From Acutalibacteraceae bacterium (GTDB taxonomy: Bacteria; Bacillota; Clostridia; Oscillospirales; Acutalibacteraceae): a stretch of DNA of 64,000 nucleotides. Shown one piece after another: positions 8,771 to 18,703 of the stretch (position 1 is its first letter; the number at the start of each line of letters is the position of its first letter). The notes beneath the pieces were generated by a model that searched no databases, was not told the DNA's origin, and saw nothing but the letters and a program-made list of their open reading frames with translations. The stretch is taken from positions 6,772 to 70,771 of the forward strand of contig JAZODA010000055.1 in the NCBI GenBank assembly GCA_045596745.1. The letters run 5' to 3'. A program made the translations under genes and the position numbers.

Positions 8771-8812
8771 TTGACAGGGGACGGGGATACCGATATAATT
8801 AGTTAAGTAATT
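8771..8812 (+). promoter_or_regulatory. Promoter of the MarR-ABC operon with an overlapping imperfect palindrome (candidate MarR operator)
   Basis: TTGACA (8771) - 17 nt - TATAAT (8794). AATTAGTTAAGTAATT at 8797-8812 is palindromic at 14 of 16 positions. Confidence 0.5.
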
Positions 8813-8840
8813 AATTGTTGTACAGAATGGCGGTGTTATT

Positions 8841-9272
8841 GTGGAACACACGCAAAGACGATTGATGATGGCGGTTGCGCGTACACACAAAGAGTGGGTG
8901 CGGCATATGAAGCGCTGTGCGATGGAGGTGGGGATTCCCGACTCGTATCGTACGGTGATTATGTATCTGTCGCGGCATCCCGGTGCGAACCAGAAAGAGT
9001 TGGCGGAGTTTTCGGATAAGACGACGGCGGCAATCAACCAGACGGTCAAGGAAATGATTGCTACCGGCTATCTGCACAAAGAAACCGACGACCGTGACGG
9101 GCGGTATACCAAGCTGTTTCTTACCGAAAAGGGAAGCGAAAAGGCGGCACGACTGCGCGAGAGGCTTAGCGAGTCGGATGACCGCATTACGGCAGTTATC
9201 GGTGCGGATAAAGAAAAGGAACTGATGGAACTGCTGAACTCTTTGTTTGACGTGATACGGAGGGATCTGTAA
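8841..9272 (+). CDS. MarR-family transcriptional regulator
   Basis: Winged-helix pattern (ELAEFSDKTTAAINQTVKEMIATGYLHKETDDRDGRYTKLFLTEKG). GTG start as in the ORF track. Confidence 0.8.
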   Translation: MEHTQRRLMMAVARTHKEWVRHMKRCAMEVGIPDSYRTVIMYLSRHPGANQKELAEFSDKTTAAINQTVKEMIATGYLHKETDDRDGRYTKLFLTEKGSEKAARLRERLSESDDRITAVIGADKEKELMELLNSLFDVIRRDL

Positions 9273-11003
9273 ATGCTGAAATATCTGAAGAAATATTGGG
9301 TCTTTTGCCTGATCGCTCCGTTGTTTATGGTGGGCGAGGTGGCCATGGACCTGCTGCAGCCCGACTTGATGGCGGACATCGTGGATAACGGCGTGCTGCA
9401 GAACAACTTTGAGCTGATTCTGACGGTCGGCTTGAAGATGATATTGCTGGTGCTGTTTGGCGGATGCTGCGGTATTTTGTGCGGTGTGTTTGCCAACTTG
9501 GCGGCACAGCGGTTCGGCAACGACCTGCGCAAGGACGTGTTCGCGCGCATTATGACCCTATCGTTCCAGCAGACAGATAAAATCTCCACCGGTTCGCTGG
9601 TGACGCGCCTGACCAACGACGTGACGCAGGTGCAGAATATGGTAATGATGGCGGTGCGCGGCTTTGTGCGTAACCTGGTGATGTTTATCGGCGGTATTTT
9701 TATGCTGTATCAGCAGTCGCCGAAATTCGCCTTGATTGCCGCCTGCGGTTTGCCGTTTGTGGTCGTATTCGTGATGTTCTTCCTTAAAAAAGCGGCGCCG
9801 ATGTTTTCCGTTGTGCAAAAGAAGCTGGATGGCATCAACAATGTGATGCAGGAGGACGTCGCGGGTGCGCGCGTCGTCAAAGCCTATGTCAAGGAAAAGC
9901 ACGAGCTGGAGCGGTTTGACAAAGCCAACGGCGAGTTGTGCGACGTCAGCCTGCGGGTGCAAAACCTGCTCGCGTTTATGGGCCCGTGTATGAATATCGT
10001 CTTGAACCTGTGCGTGGTGGCGGTCATCCTGGTGGGTGGTCTGGCTGTGCAAAGCGGCGGCGATATGACCCCCGGCCGCGTGATGGCGGCGATTACGTAT
10101 CTGGCGCAGATTCTGCACGGCGTTACGTTTATGGCGAATATCTTCCAGACCTTCACTCGTGCGAAGGCGTCTGCCGACCGTATTCGCGAAGTGCTGGATT
10201 GCCCCGATGTGCTGCTGGACGGTTCGTTTGACGGACAGACCGAACTGCGCGGCAAAATCGAGTTCCGGGGCGTGCGCTTCTCCTATCCCGGCACGGCAGG
10301 TGCGCCGATTCTGGAGAACATCTCCTTTACGGTACAGCCGGGTGAAACACTGGCGATTATCGGTTCGACCGGTAGCGGTAAGTCCACCATTGCCAAGCTG
10401 ATTCCGCGTTTTTATGATGTGGATGAGGGCGCAATTCTGATAGACGGCGTTGACGTTCGCGAGTATCGCTTGCACGATTTGCGCGACCGCATTTCGATGG
10501 TTCTGCAGAAAGCGGAGCTGTATTCCCGTCCCATTGAAGCCAATATTCGTTGGGGTCGCGAGGATGCGACGCCGTGGGAGATCAAAAAGGCGGCGGAAAT
10601 TGCGCAGGCAGATGATTTCATCTGCGACACCGAACACGGATATTACACGCAGGTGGCAGAGGGCGGTCATTCGCTCTCGGGCGGTCAGAAGCAGCGCATT
10701 TCCATTTCGCGCGCGGTGCTGAAGAAGCACGAGATTCTGATTTTTGACGATGCGACCAGCGCGCTGGATCTGAAGACCGAAGCGCAGTTGTACGAAGCAC
10801 TTCGCAACGAATGCCCCGGCTCGACCAAAATCATTGTTGCCCAGCGCATCGCTTCGATTCGCGGTGCAGACCGCATTGCCGTTTTGGATCACGGTTGCGT
10901 GGCGGCGCTCGGTACGCACGACGAGTTGATGCAGACCTCTGAAATTTATCGCGATATCTATCGTTCGCAGTTGAAGGAAGGGGGTAGCGAGCATGTCGGT
11001 TAA
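9273..11003 (+). CDS. ABC exporter, fused permease/ATPase (type I, multidrug/lipid-type), subunit 1
   Basis: Six-TM N-domain, Walker A GSTGSGKST, signature LSGGQKQR, Walker B ILIFDDATSALD. Confidence 0.9.
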   Translation: MLKYLKKYWVFCLIAPLFMVGEVAMDLLQPDLMADIVDNGVLQNNFELILTVGLKMILLVLFGGCCGILCGVFANLAAQRFGNDLRKDVFARIMTLSFQQTDKISTGSLVTRLTNDVTQVQNMVMMAVRGFVRNLVMFIGGIFMLYQQSPKFALIAACGLPFVVVFVMFFLKKAAPMFSVVQKKLDGINNVMQEDVAGARVVKAYVKEKHELERFDKANGELCDVSLRVQNLLAFMGPCMNIVLNLCVVAVILVGGLAVQSGGDMTPGRVMAAITYLAQILHGVTFMANIFQTFTRAKASADRIREVLDCPDVLLDGSFDGQTELRGKIEFRGVRFSYPGTAGAPILENISFTVQPGETLAIIGSTGSGKSTIAKLIPRFYDVDEGAILIDGVDVREYRLHDLRDRISMVLQKAELYSRPIEANIRWGREDATPWEIKKAAEIAQADDFICDTEHGYYTQVAEGGHSLSGGQKQRISISRAVLKKHEILIFDDATSALDLKTEAQLYEALRNECPGSTKIIVAQRIASIRGADRIAVLDHGCVAALGTHDELMQTSEIYRDIYRSQLKEGGSEHVG

Positions 11004-12891
11004 GGAAAAAGGCACTGCGTTGCCCCGCGGTTTTGAGTTGGGCGGTGCCAGCGAAGAAGCACGCTACCATGTCGCGAAGCAGAAAGGCGAAGCGCCTAGC
11101 GTCAACTTCCGTGGTCCTCGCCGTGGCCCGATGGGTATGGCGCAGGTGGTGGAAAAGCCGCACGATACCAAGCGCACGTTGTCGCGCCTGCTCTCGTATT
11201 TCCGTCATACCAAACGGCTGCTGATTGCACTGATGTGCGCGGTGATACTGGTGACGCTGGCGGCGTTGGTAGCACCGGCACTTCAGGGTCAAGCGATTGA
11301 CGCCATCGGCGGCGCACAGTGGGAAGCGCTGTATCGGTGTGTGGCGTTTCTTGCTATCGTGTACGTGGTGAACATCGCGTTCGGTTTGTCGCAATCTCTG
11401 CTCGCCGCGCGGTTGAGTCAGAGCATTGTGCGGCGGATGCGGCACGATTTGTTCAAGAAGATTGATTACTTGTCCATCAAGTATCTGGACACCCATTCCA
11501 ACGGCGATATTATGAGCCGTATGACCAACGACGTGGAAAATGTGTCCAACACGGTGGCGCAAAGTCTTGGTTCGCTGATTTCTGGCGTGCTGACGGTTAT
11601 CGGCACGATTGCGATTATGTTCTACTACTGCTGGCAGCTGACGCTTATTACTTTGTTTACCGTGGTGCTGACTGTTGTGGTTACCAAGAAGATGTCGCAG
11701 GTGATGCGCAAAGTTTACCGTCGCCGCTCGGAAATTTTGGGACGGCTCAACGGTCATTCCGAAGAGATGATTACCGGCTACAAATCCATTGTCGCGTACA
11801 ACAAACAGGGCGACGTGATGCGGGAGTTCAACGAAACGTCGGATGAACTGGCGAAGGTCAGTATCAAGGCGGAAATTCTCGGCGGCTCGATGGGCCCGAT
11901 TATGAACTGTATTTCCAACATCAGCTTCGTGATTGTGGCGGCGTTCGGCGGCTACTTCGCGTACCTCGGCTGGATTTCCATCGGTACGATTTCCGCGTTT
12001 GTCATCTACGCCAAGCAGTTCTCGCGCCCCATCAACGAAATCGCGCAGCTGTACGGCTCGGTGCAAACCGCTATTGCGGGCGCGGAGCGCGTGTTTGCGC
12101 TGATGGATCAGCCCGACGAAGACGACAGCGGCACGCAGACGATGGCGAATGCGCGCGGCGAGATTACTTTCCGCAACGTCGATTTCTCCTACACCCCCGA
12201 CAAGCAGGTGCTGTTTGACTTTAATCTGCAGGTTAAGCCGGGACAAAAAATCGCACTGGTCGGCGCGACCGGCAGCGGTAAAACCACGGTGGTAAACCTC
12301 TTGATGCGGTTCTACCCGGTGGACGCCGGTGAGATTCTTATCGACGGCGTGAATATCCGTGATATCCGCCGTGACGATTTGCGCCACAACATTGCCATTG
12401 TGTTGCAGGATACGGTGCTGTTCTCGGATACCGTGGCGAACAACATCAAATACGGTAATCTGGACGCTACCGACGAAGAGATGATTCGCGCGGCAGAGAT
12501 GAGCAACTCGCGCGGTTACATCGAGCGAATGCCCGAGCAGTACAACACCTTCCTAAAGCAAGCGGGTGCAGGCATTTCGCAGGGACAGCGGCAGCTGTTG
12601 GCAATCGCACGTGCGGTGCTTGCCGATCCGAAGATTTTGATTCTGGACGAAGCGACTTCGTCGGTTGATACCCGCACCGAACAAAAGATTCAGGATGCGA
12701 TGGTCAAACTGATGAAAGACCGTACCAGCCTGATTATCGCACACCGCCTGTCCACCATTCGGGACGCCGATGTCATTGTGGTTATGGATAAGGGTCGTGT
12801 GGTGGAAATGGGCAACCACGAAGAGCTTTTGGAAAAACAGGGTCGGTATTATACGTTGTATATGACCCAGTTCGCCGGAAACACCATTTGA
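10993..12891 (+). CDS. ABC exporter, fused permease/ATPase, subunit 2 (probable heterodimer partner)
   Basis: Walker A GATGSGKTT, signature ISQGQRQL, Walker B ILILDEATSSVD. Overlaps the upstream gene by 11 nt. Confidence 0.9.
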   Translation: MSVKEKGTALPRGFELGGASEEARYHVAKQKGEAPSVNFRGPRRGPMGMAQVVEKPHDTKRTLSRLLSYFRHTKRLLIALMCAVILVTLAALVAPALQGQAIDAIGGAQWEALYRCVAFLAIVYVVNIAFGLSQSLLAARLSQSIVRRMRHDLFKKIDYLSIKYLDTHSNGDIMSRMTNDVENVSNTVAQSLGSLISGVLTVIGTIAIMFYYCWQLTLITLFTVVLTVVVTKKMSQVMRKVYRRRSEILGRLNGHSEEMITGYKSIVAYNKQGDVMREFNETSDELAKVSIKAEILGGSMGPIMNCISNISFVIVAAFGGYFAYLGWISIGTISAFVIYAKQFSRPINEIAQLYGSVQTAIAGAERVFALMDQPDEDDSGTQTMANARGEITFRNVDFSYTPDKQVLFDFNLQVKPGQKIALVGATGSGKTTVVNLLMRFYPVDAGEILIDGVNIRDIRRDDLRHNIAIVLQDTVLFSDTVANNIKYGNLDATDEEMIRAAEMSNSRGYIERMPEQYNTFLKQAGAGISQGQRQLLAIARAVLADPKILILDEATSSVDTRTEQKIQDAMVKLMKDRTSLIIAHRLSTIRDADVIVVMDKGRVVEMGNHEELLEKQGRYYTLYMTQFAGNTI

Positions 12892-12908
12892 TTGTAGGAG
12901 GTTTTGCT

Positions 12909-14240
12909 ATGGAAAAGCTGTTGGAGGCTGTAAAAAAGCACAGGGACATCATTTTGCAGGCGCAGGAATACATCTGGAAAAACCCGGAGACGGGATATCG
13001 TGAGGTCAAGACTTCGCGGTATATGGAGGATGCGTTCGAGGCACTGGGATACACATTGGTCCGTGCAGGGGATATCCCCGGTTTTTACACGGTGTTGGAC
13101 ACGGGTCGCCCCGGTCCGGAAGTGCTGGTGCTGGGTGAGTTGGATTCGCTGATTTGCCACGAGCATCCCGATGCCGACCCCGAAACCGGTGCCGTACACT
13201 GCTGCGGTCACAGCGCGCAGTGTGCCGCGCTGTTGGGTATCGCTGCCGCGCTGAAAGAGCCCGGCGTGACCGACGATATGTGCGGTCGCATCCGCCTGTG
13301 TGCCGTTCCTGCCGAAGAACTCATCGAGATTGAATATCGCAGTGAGCTGAAACGGCAGGGTCGCATTCGTTATCTGGGCGGAAAAAGCGAATTTTTGCAC
13401 CGCGGATACTTTGACGGCGTGGACATTGCGCTGATGGTGCATACCGCGCAGGATGAGTGCTTCGGTGCGCAGATTGGCTCGGTGGGTTGCATTGCCAAAC
13501 GCGTGATTTACAAAGGCGTGTCGGCGCATGCCGGCAGCAGTCCGTGGAACGGCTGCAACGCGCTGTATGCGGCGACGCTGGGCTTGTCTGCCATCAACGC
13601 CATCCGCGAAACGTTCCGCGAACAGGATTTGGTGCGCGTGCATCCTATCATCACTAAGGGCGGCGGTGCTGTTAACGCGATTCCGGATCAGGTCATTATT
13701 GAAAGCTACGTGCGCGGCGGAAATTTTGATGCTATCAAGCAGAACAACGAGAAAGTCAACCGCGCGCTGAGCGGTGCTGCGCTGTCGCTCGGGGCGAACA
13801 TCGATATTCAGGATACCCCCGGTTATGCACCGCTGATTAACGACCCCGGTATGTTGGAAGTGGCGCGTGATGCGGCAGCGTATTTTCCGGATATTTCGTA
13901 TGAGTTTTGGGACAAAATGGGAACGGGCAGCACCGATATGGGCGATTTGTCCTGCGTGATGCCGGTGATCCATCCGTACGCACCGGGTGCGGTGGGTACG
14001 AGCCACGGCTCGAATTACTACATTCAGAATCCCGACCTCGCGTGCGTGGCGTCTGCCCAGTGGCAGCTGCTGATGGTGGCACTGCTGTTGCAGGACCAAG
14101 CCGCACGTGCCAAAGATATCCTCGCGAAAAGCAAACCGCCGTTTGCTTCTAAAGAGGACTATCTCGCATATATGGATAGTATGGCGTGCAGTGGCGACCG
14201 TATTGTGTATGGCGACACCGAAGCAACCGTCAAGTTGTAA
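12909..14240 (+). CDS. M20-family amidohydrolase/peptidase (AbgB-like)
   Basis: HCCGHS metal motif and M20D-type layout. ATG at 12909 lies after a GTAGGAGG SD. Confidence 0.75.
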   Translation: MEKLLEAVKKHRDIILQAQEYIWKNPETGYREVKTSRYMEDAFEALGYTLVRAGDIPGFYTVLDTGRPGPEVLVLGELDSLICHEHPDADPETGAVHCCGHSAQCAALLGIAAALKEPGVTDDMCGRIRLCAVPAEELIEIEYRSELKRQGRIRYLGGKSEFLHRGYFDGVDIALMVHTAQDECFGAQIGSVGCIAKRVIYKGVSAHAGSSPWNGCNALYAATLGLSAINAIRETFREQDLVRVHPIITKGGGAVNAIPDQVIIESYVRGGNFDAIKQNNEKVNRALSGAALSLGANIDIQDTPGYAPLINDPGMLEVARDAAAYFPDISYEFWDKMGTGSTDMGDLSCVMPVIHPYAPGAVGTSHGSNYYIQNPDLACVASAQWQLLMVALLLQDQAARAKDILAKSKPPFASKEDYLAYMDSMACSGDRIVYGDTEATVKL

Positions 14241-14243
14241 GAT

Positions 14244-14279
14244 AAAAGCGCAGGCTTCTTGGGAAGCCTGCGCTTTTTA
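14244..14279 (+). terminator. Intrinsic terminator
   Basis: AAAAGCGCAGGCUUC-UUGG-GAAGCCUGCGCUUUUU. Confidence 0.85.
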
Positions 14280-14372
14280 TTTAAGAGTGGGTGCTCGGTT
14301 TCTGTTTTTTGCCTCGGGTGGTTTACAACCGCGAAAGGTTGTGATAAAATAAGGCGGATAGGGGGACTGACA

Positions 14373-15776
14373 ATGAGAAAAACACTGGCTTTGATTCTTG
14401 CTTTGTCGATGCTGTGTTTGTGTGCGTGCGGTGAGTCGAGCGTGGAGAGTAAAACGACCGCGACCACGAGCGCAACCACGACCGTGACAACGACAACGAC
14501 AACGACAAACACTTCGACTGAGACAGAGGGAACAAGCATGACAGTGACAACGACAACAGAGGTAGCTTCGACCGATACCTCTACGACGGCCTCTACGGTG
14601 ACAACGGATGGTGTGACGACCACGACGGCTACCAAAAAAACGCTGCGTCCCACTGTTTCCAAGACGTCTTCCACGACCGTCTCGGTGGCGGTGGAGGATA
14701 TCCAGCTGTACGGCCCTGCTGACGGCACGGTAATCGATCCGATGTCAGCGATGGTGCGTGCTTATATGGATATCAAGAGTGATAAAGAAGCGGCGGAATT
14801 TTGGGTTGCCAGCTATACCGAAAACGACGTCGGCGCCACCTTTACCGCGACCTGGAAGTATAACCCCCGTTCACTGTATCGGGTGGTATGGGCGGATAAC
14901 CCGGAAATGAAAAACGCCAAATCGATGACGGTTGCCGGTGAGGGTTCGCTTCAGGTTGTCGGTCTGCCGCACAACAGCACCTGCTATTGGCAGGTAACCG
15001 ATTTCTACGGTAAAGAAAAATCGGAAGTGCGCACGGTGAAGGTGTTGGATGCGCAGGTTCGTTGGATGGATGCCGACGGCGGTCGCAATATGCGCGATTT
15101 GGGCGGTTGGAAAACCGAAAGCGGCAAAACGGTGAAATATGGTATGCTGTATCGCGGCGCGTGTATCGACGGTTACAACGGTATCGAGTTGACGGCACTC
15201 GGCAAGCAGCAGTTCCGTGAAGTCTACGGTATCAAAACGCAGCTCGATTTGCGCCGCGGTAACAGCGATGGTGATAACGGCAATCAGTCGACCAGCGACT
15301 TCGGCGGTGCGTATGTAAAAGCCGGACTGAACCAGTACGACTATATTTTCACCGACAGTTACAGCCGTGAGGCGCTCGGTAAGATTTTTTCGGTGCTTGC
15401 GGATGAGTCGAACTATCCCATCTACTTCCACTGCAATGCGGGTGCGGACCGCACGGGAACGCTGTCGTTCCTGATCAACGGTTTGCTTGGCGTTTCGTAC
15501 GAAGATTTGACGCGCGATTTCGAGCTGACCGGTATGGCAATCGGCAAGCGGTTGCGTTCCAAGCTGGATGTCGATACGCTGACATGGTCGGCCGATGGTG
15601 TGATGCAAAACAACAGCAACAACTACATTGCTTGGGGTCCGCTTTACAACAAGATAATGACGAATTACAGAGCCGGCGACGGTAAGCTGTCTTCGGCGAT
15701 TGCCAAGTTCCTGATGACGGAATGCGGTGTGACACAAGAGCAAATCGACAATGTTCGTCGTTTGATGCTGAAATAA
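14373..15776 (+). CDS. Lipoprotein with a Thr-rich linker and a C-terminal protein-tyrosine/dual-specificity phosphatase domain (Y_phosphatase3-like)
   Basis: Lipobox LCLCAC-G after MRKTLALILALSM. About 70-aa T/S-rich tract. CX5R active-site motif HCNAGADRTG. Confidence 0.7.
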   Translation: MRKTLALILALSMLCLCACGESSVESKTTATTSATTTVTTTTTTTNTSTETEGTSMTVTTTTEVASTDTSTTASTVTTDGVTTTTATKKTLRPTVSKTSSTTVSVAVEDIQLYGPADGTVIDPMSAMVRAYMDIKSDKEAAEFWVASYTENDVGATFTATWKYNPRSLYRVVWADNPEMKNAKSMTVAGEGSLQVVGLPHNSTCYWQVTDFYGKEKSEVRTVKVLDAQVRWMDADGGRNMRDLGGWKTESGKTVKYGMLYRGACIDGYNGIELTALGKQQFREVYGIKTQLDLRRGNSDGDNGNQSTSDFGGAYVKAGLNQYDYIFTDSYSREALGKIFSVLADESNYPIYFHCNAGADRTGTLSFLINGLLGVSYEDLTRDFELTGMAIGKRLRSKLDVDTLTWSADGVMQNNSNNYIAWGPLYNKIMTNYRAGDGKLSSAIAKFLMTECGVTQEQIDNVRRLMLK

Positions 15777-15780
15777 CAAG

Positions 15781-15822
15781 AAAAAACGCGGTGTCCCGCA
15801 AGGGGACACCGCGTTTATTTTT
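15781..15822. terminator. Bidirectional intrinsic terminator (convergent genes)
   Basis: A6-CGCGGUGUCCC-GCAAG-GGGACACCGCG-UUUAUUUUU. Confidence 0.85.
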
Positions 15823-17026
15823 CGCCGTTTTGCCGATAGTCGCTGGGCGTTTTTTGCGTATGCTTTTTAAACAGCTTGGAAAAATAATTGACGTCGGGAA
15901 TGCCGCAGTGCTGGGCAATGGTCTGAATCTGCAGGTGGGTGGTGGTCAGCAGCTTTTTGGCAAGCTCAATGCGCTTTTGGTTGACGTGCTCGGTGAGGGT
16001 TTGCCCCGTCTCCCGACGGAATAGGGAGGAGAGATACCCGGCGCTGATGCTTTGCTTTCCTGCCAGTGTTTGCAACGACAAATCGCCCGACAAGTCACTG
16101 TCGATACACGCGATGGTGCGTTGCACGATGGGCGAAAAGCCGCGGGTGGTATGGCGTTTGACCAACAGACAATAGGCGCGCGCCATCGTACCCATTAAAT
16201 CGCGGATGGCATCGACCGAGGTGGCTTGTTCGATGCGATGGGCAAAGTTGTTGGAGGTTTCGTCCAGATAAATGGGGTGGACGCCGCCCTTTTCCGCCGC
16301 CTTACGCAGCAGGGTGTTCATAATGATGCAGTAGTTTTTCAAGTTGCGCACGCGGTCGGTCAGGCGTTCCTCGATGGCCTGCTTCGAAAACGTACCGAAC
16401 ATAGCTTCGGTTTTGTGAACAAGCCCGAGAGACACCACTTCCATCAACTCATTTTCGTAGGCGTAACGCGCCTCCATCATTTGCATATTGCCGAGAAGGT
16501 TGTCGGGGTTCTGGCGTATCGGTGTGGGGAGGGCTTCACTCTGTTGTCTGTCGAGCTCGGATACGACAAAGGCTGTGTTGCCCCATATCGTTTCGCAAAA
16601 GGTGGTAAGCAGAAACAAAGCGGCATTATCTTCTTCCAACACAGGGATGCCGCGGTAGTAGTTTTCCAACTGTCGCATATTTTGCGGTGGGATGCCGTTT
16701 CGCTCCGCTTGCTCTAACAACTGGCGGCTGGTGGGGGATTCTTCCAGATACGGCCCAATCAAGAGCAAGGTGAACTGCTCGTCGGGGAGGCGCAAAAAGA
16801 AATAACTGCACAAAAACGGGTCGCGGATGCGGTAGAGGGTACAGGGTTGTACCTCGGATGCCCGCAGACCGATGAGGTCGGAAAGCTTGCTCGGCAAACC
16901 GAGTTGTTTGCGCAAACCGAGGTCAAAATCGGTGTCTGTGGTGAGTTCTTCGCCGACCAGCAACGTTTGCAGATGACAGCGCTTCAGTGCTTTTTGAAGA
17001 AACTGCAATTCCGCGACATGGAGCAT
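15815..17026 (-). CDS. AraC-family transcriptional regulator
   Basis: C-terminal double HTH (SAGYLSSLFRRETGQTLTEHVNQKRIELAKKLL...IAQHCGIPDVNYFSKLFKKHTQKTPSDYR). Confidence 0.85.
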   Translation of the reverse strand: MLHVAELQFLQKALKRCHLQTLLVGEELTTDTDFDLGLRKQLGLPSKLSDLIGLRASEVQPCTLYRIRDPFLCSYFFLRLPDEQFTLLLIGPYLEESPTSRQLLEQAERNGIPPQNMRQLENYYRGIPVLEEDNAALFLLTTFCETIWGNTAFVVSELDRQQSEALPTPIRQNPDNLLGNMQMMEARYAYENELMEVVSLGLVHKTEAMFGTFSKQAIEERLTDRVRNLKNYCIIMNTLLRKAAEKGGVHPIYLDETSNNFAHRIEQATSVDAIRDLMGTMARAYCLLVKRHTTRGFSPIVQRTIACIDSDLSGDLSLQTLAGKQSISAGYLSSLFRRETGQTLTEHVNQKRIELAKKLLTTTHLQIQTIAQHCGIPDVNYFSKLFKKHTQKTPSDYRQNGEK

Positions 17027-17163
17027 AGCGCACCTCCGTCAAATTGAATAAAAAAGCCACCTTCTTTTTGTTATTATGGCACAATATACCATATTTTTCA
17101 AGAGGATTACATAAAATAATACGAAAACGCATTAAAAAATTACTAACACAAATATTGGCGTTC

Positions 17164-17211
17164 TTGTTACAATACAATCAAGGAATCCTATACTTTTTTG
17201 ATTTGTAACAA
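17164..17211 (+). promoter_or_regulatory. 9-bp inverted repeat bracketing a possible promoter of the symporter/GH2 operon (candidate operator)
   Basis: TTGTTACAA (17164-17172) and TTGTAACAA (17203-17211). Possible -35 TTGTTA and -10 TATACT (17189), but the 19-nt spacer is long. Confidence 0.3.
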
Positions 17212-17226
17212 AGAGGAGAGGGTAAA

Positions 17227-18690
17227 ATGAAGAAACCGGTTCAATTGGATGCAAACGGGCATCGCAAGTTCGGCATTCGCGACAGTGTGGCGTATGCGGC
17301 GGGCGACCTCGGTTGTAACATGAGTTTTGCGCTGAAGGGCACGATGGCACTGTTCTGGACCCAGATTATGGGTATGGGTATGTGGTATTCGCTGCTGCTT
17401 CTGGTCGTACAGGTGTGGGATGCCATCAACGATCCGTTGATTGGTTCGATCATCGACGCCGACAAGCGCAAGTATAGACGCAACAAGTTCCTTGCGTACA
17501 TCTGGTTCGGTTCGATTGGTTTGATTGTGGGTGGCGCGTGCTGCTTCCTGCCGTTCCCCGGTGCTCCCACGTGGGCAAAGGCAATCATCTTTGTCGCCGG
17601 TTATGTGGTGTGGGATGCGTTCTATACCATCGCCAACGTGCCTTACGGTTCGCTGTTGTCCTTGATTTCCAACGATGCTGCAGACCGTGCTTCGCTTTCG
17701 GCGTGGCGTTCGGTCGGCTCTATCGCCGGTAATATGCTGCCGATGGTGCTGCTGCCCTTCATTATGTACAACGCGGATGGCAGCCTGAACGGCACTCGCG
17801 TGTTCCTTGCGGCACTGATTATGGGCGGTCTCGGTTTTATCTGCTTCCAGTTTATGATTCGCAACACCGAAATTCGTGTGGACACGGAAGTAGAACTCAG
17901 CGAGGATGCGCCCAAGTTCAACGTGTTTGAGGCACTGAAGAACTTTATGAAAAACCGTCCGGCTGTCGGTGCGACCATCGCCGCGATGGGTATGTTCATC
18001 GGTATGCAGGGCGCGACCACCGCGGTGTCTGTTGTGTTCCAGATTTATTTCGACAATCCGCAGATTTCGGGTATCGTGCAGCTGTTTGCGCTGATTCCGA
18101 TTGTGGTGTTTACCCCCTTGGCGCGTAAGATGGTTGTCAAATACGGCAAAAAAGAGTTGTCGGTCGTCGGCGCGCTGTGCTCCATCGTTGGCGGTCTCGG
18201 CCTGTTTATCATCACGCCTAACAACACATCGCTCGACTTGGTCATCTACATTCTCTGCCAGCTGGTGTACAGCCTCGGCGTGGGTGTGTACTCCACCGTG
18301 TCCTGGGCAATGATGGGCGATGCCATCGACTACAACGAGTGGAAGACCGGTAAGCGCGAAGAGGGTATCGTGTATTCGATGCATTCCTTCTTCCGTAAAC
18401 TGGCGCAGGGCGTTGGCCCGGCTCTGGCTCTGGTTATCATGGGCGGTCTGGGCTATGTCAACAACGCCATCGACCCCAAAACGGGCGAAGCGTTTATCGA
18501 TGTCAGCCTGCTGTCCTTTGAGGTTGCGGTAAACCTGCGCGTGCTGGTGGCGGCGCTGTTCCTGGTGGCGGCTGTGATGCAGTTTGTCGGTCTGGCGCTG
18601 GTGTACAACCTGGATAAGAAGACGATGGAAAAGATGAACGCCGACTTGGGTCGCGTTGAAGAAGAGCTCACCAACGAGTTCCGCGATTAA
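17227..18690 (+). CDS. Glycoside-pentoside-hexuronide (GPH) family sugar:cation symporter
   Basis: 12-TM MFS/GPH-like sequence with the GPH-type N-terminal motif (DPLIGSIIDADKRKYRRNKF). Confidence 0.8.
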   Translation: MKKPVQLDANGHRKFGIRDSVAYAAGDLGCNMSFALKGTMALFWTQIMGMGMWYSLLLLVVQVWDAINDPLIGSIIDADKRKYRRNKFLAYIWFGSIGLIVGGACCFLPFPGAPTWAKAIIFVAGYVVWDAFYTIANVPYGSLLSLISNDAADRASLSAWRSVGSIAGNMLPMVLLPFIMYNADGSLNGTRVFLAALIMGGLGFICFQFMIRNTEIRVDTEVELSEDAPKFNVFEALKNFMKNRPAVGATIAAMGMFIGMQGATTAVSVVFQIYFDNPQISGIVQLFALIPIVVFTPLARKMVVKYGKKELSVVGALCSIVGGLGLFIITPNNTSLDLVIYILCQLVYSLGVGVYSTVSWAMMGDAIDYNEWKTGKREEGIVYSMHSFFRKLAQGVGPALALVIMGGLGYVNNAIDPKTGEAFIDVSLLSFEVAVNLRVLVAALFLVAAVMQFVGLALVYNLDKKTMEKMNADLGRVEEELTNEFRD

Positions 18691-18703
18691 TGGAGGTAAC
18701 CAA

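Noticed and set aside
14450-14640. Repetitive ACG/ACA/ACC-rich stretch (a similar one at 46990-47060).
   Set aside because: These are coding Thr-rich linkers within the lipoprotein phosphatase and the PrkC tail, not independent repeat elements.
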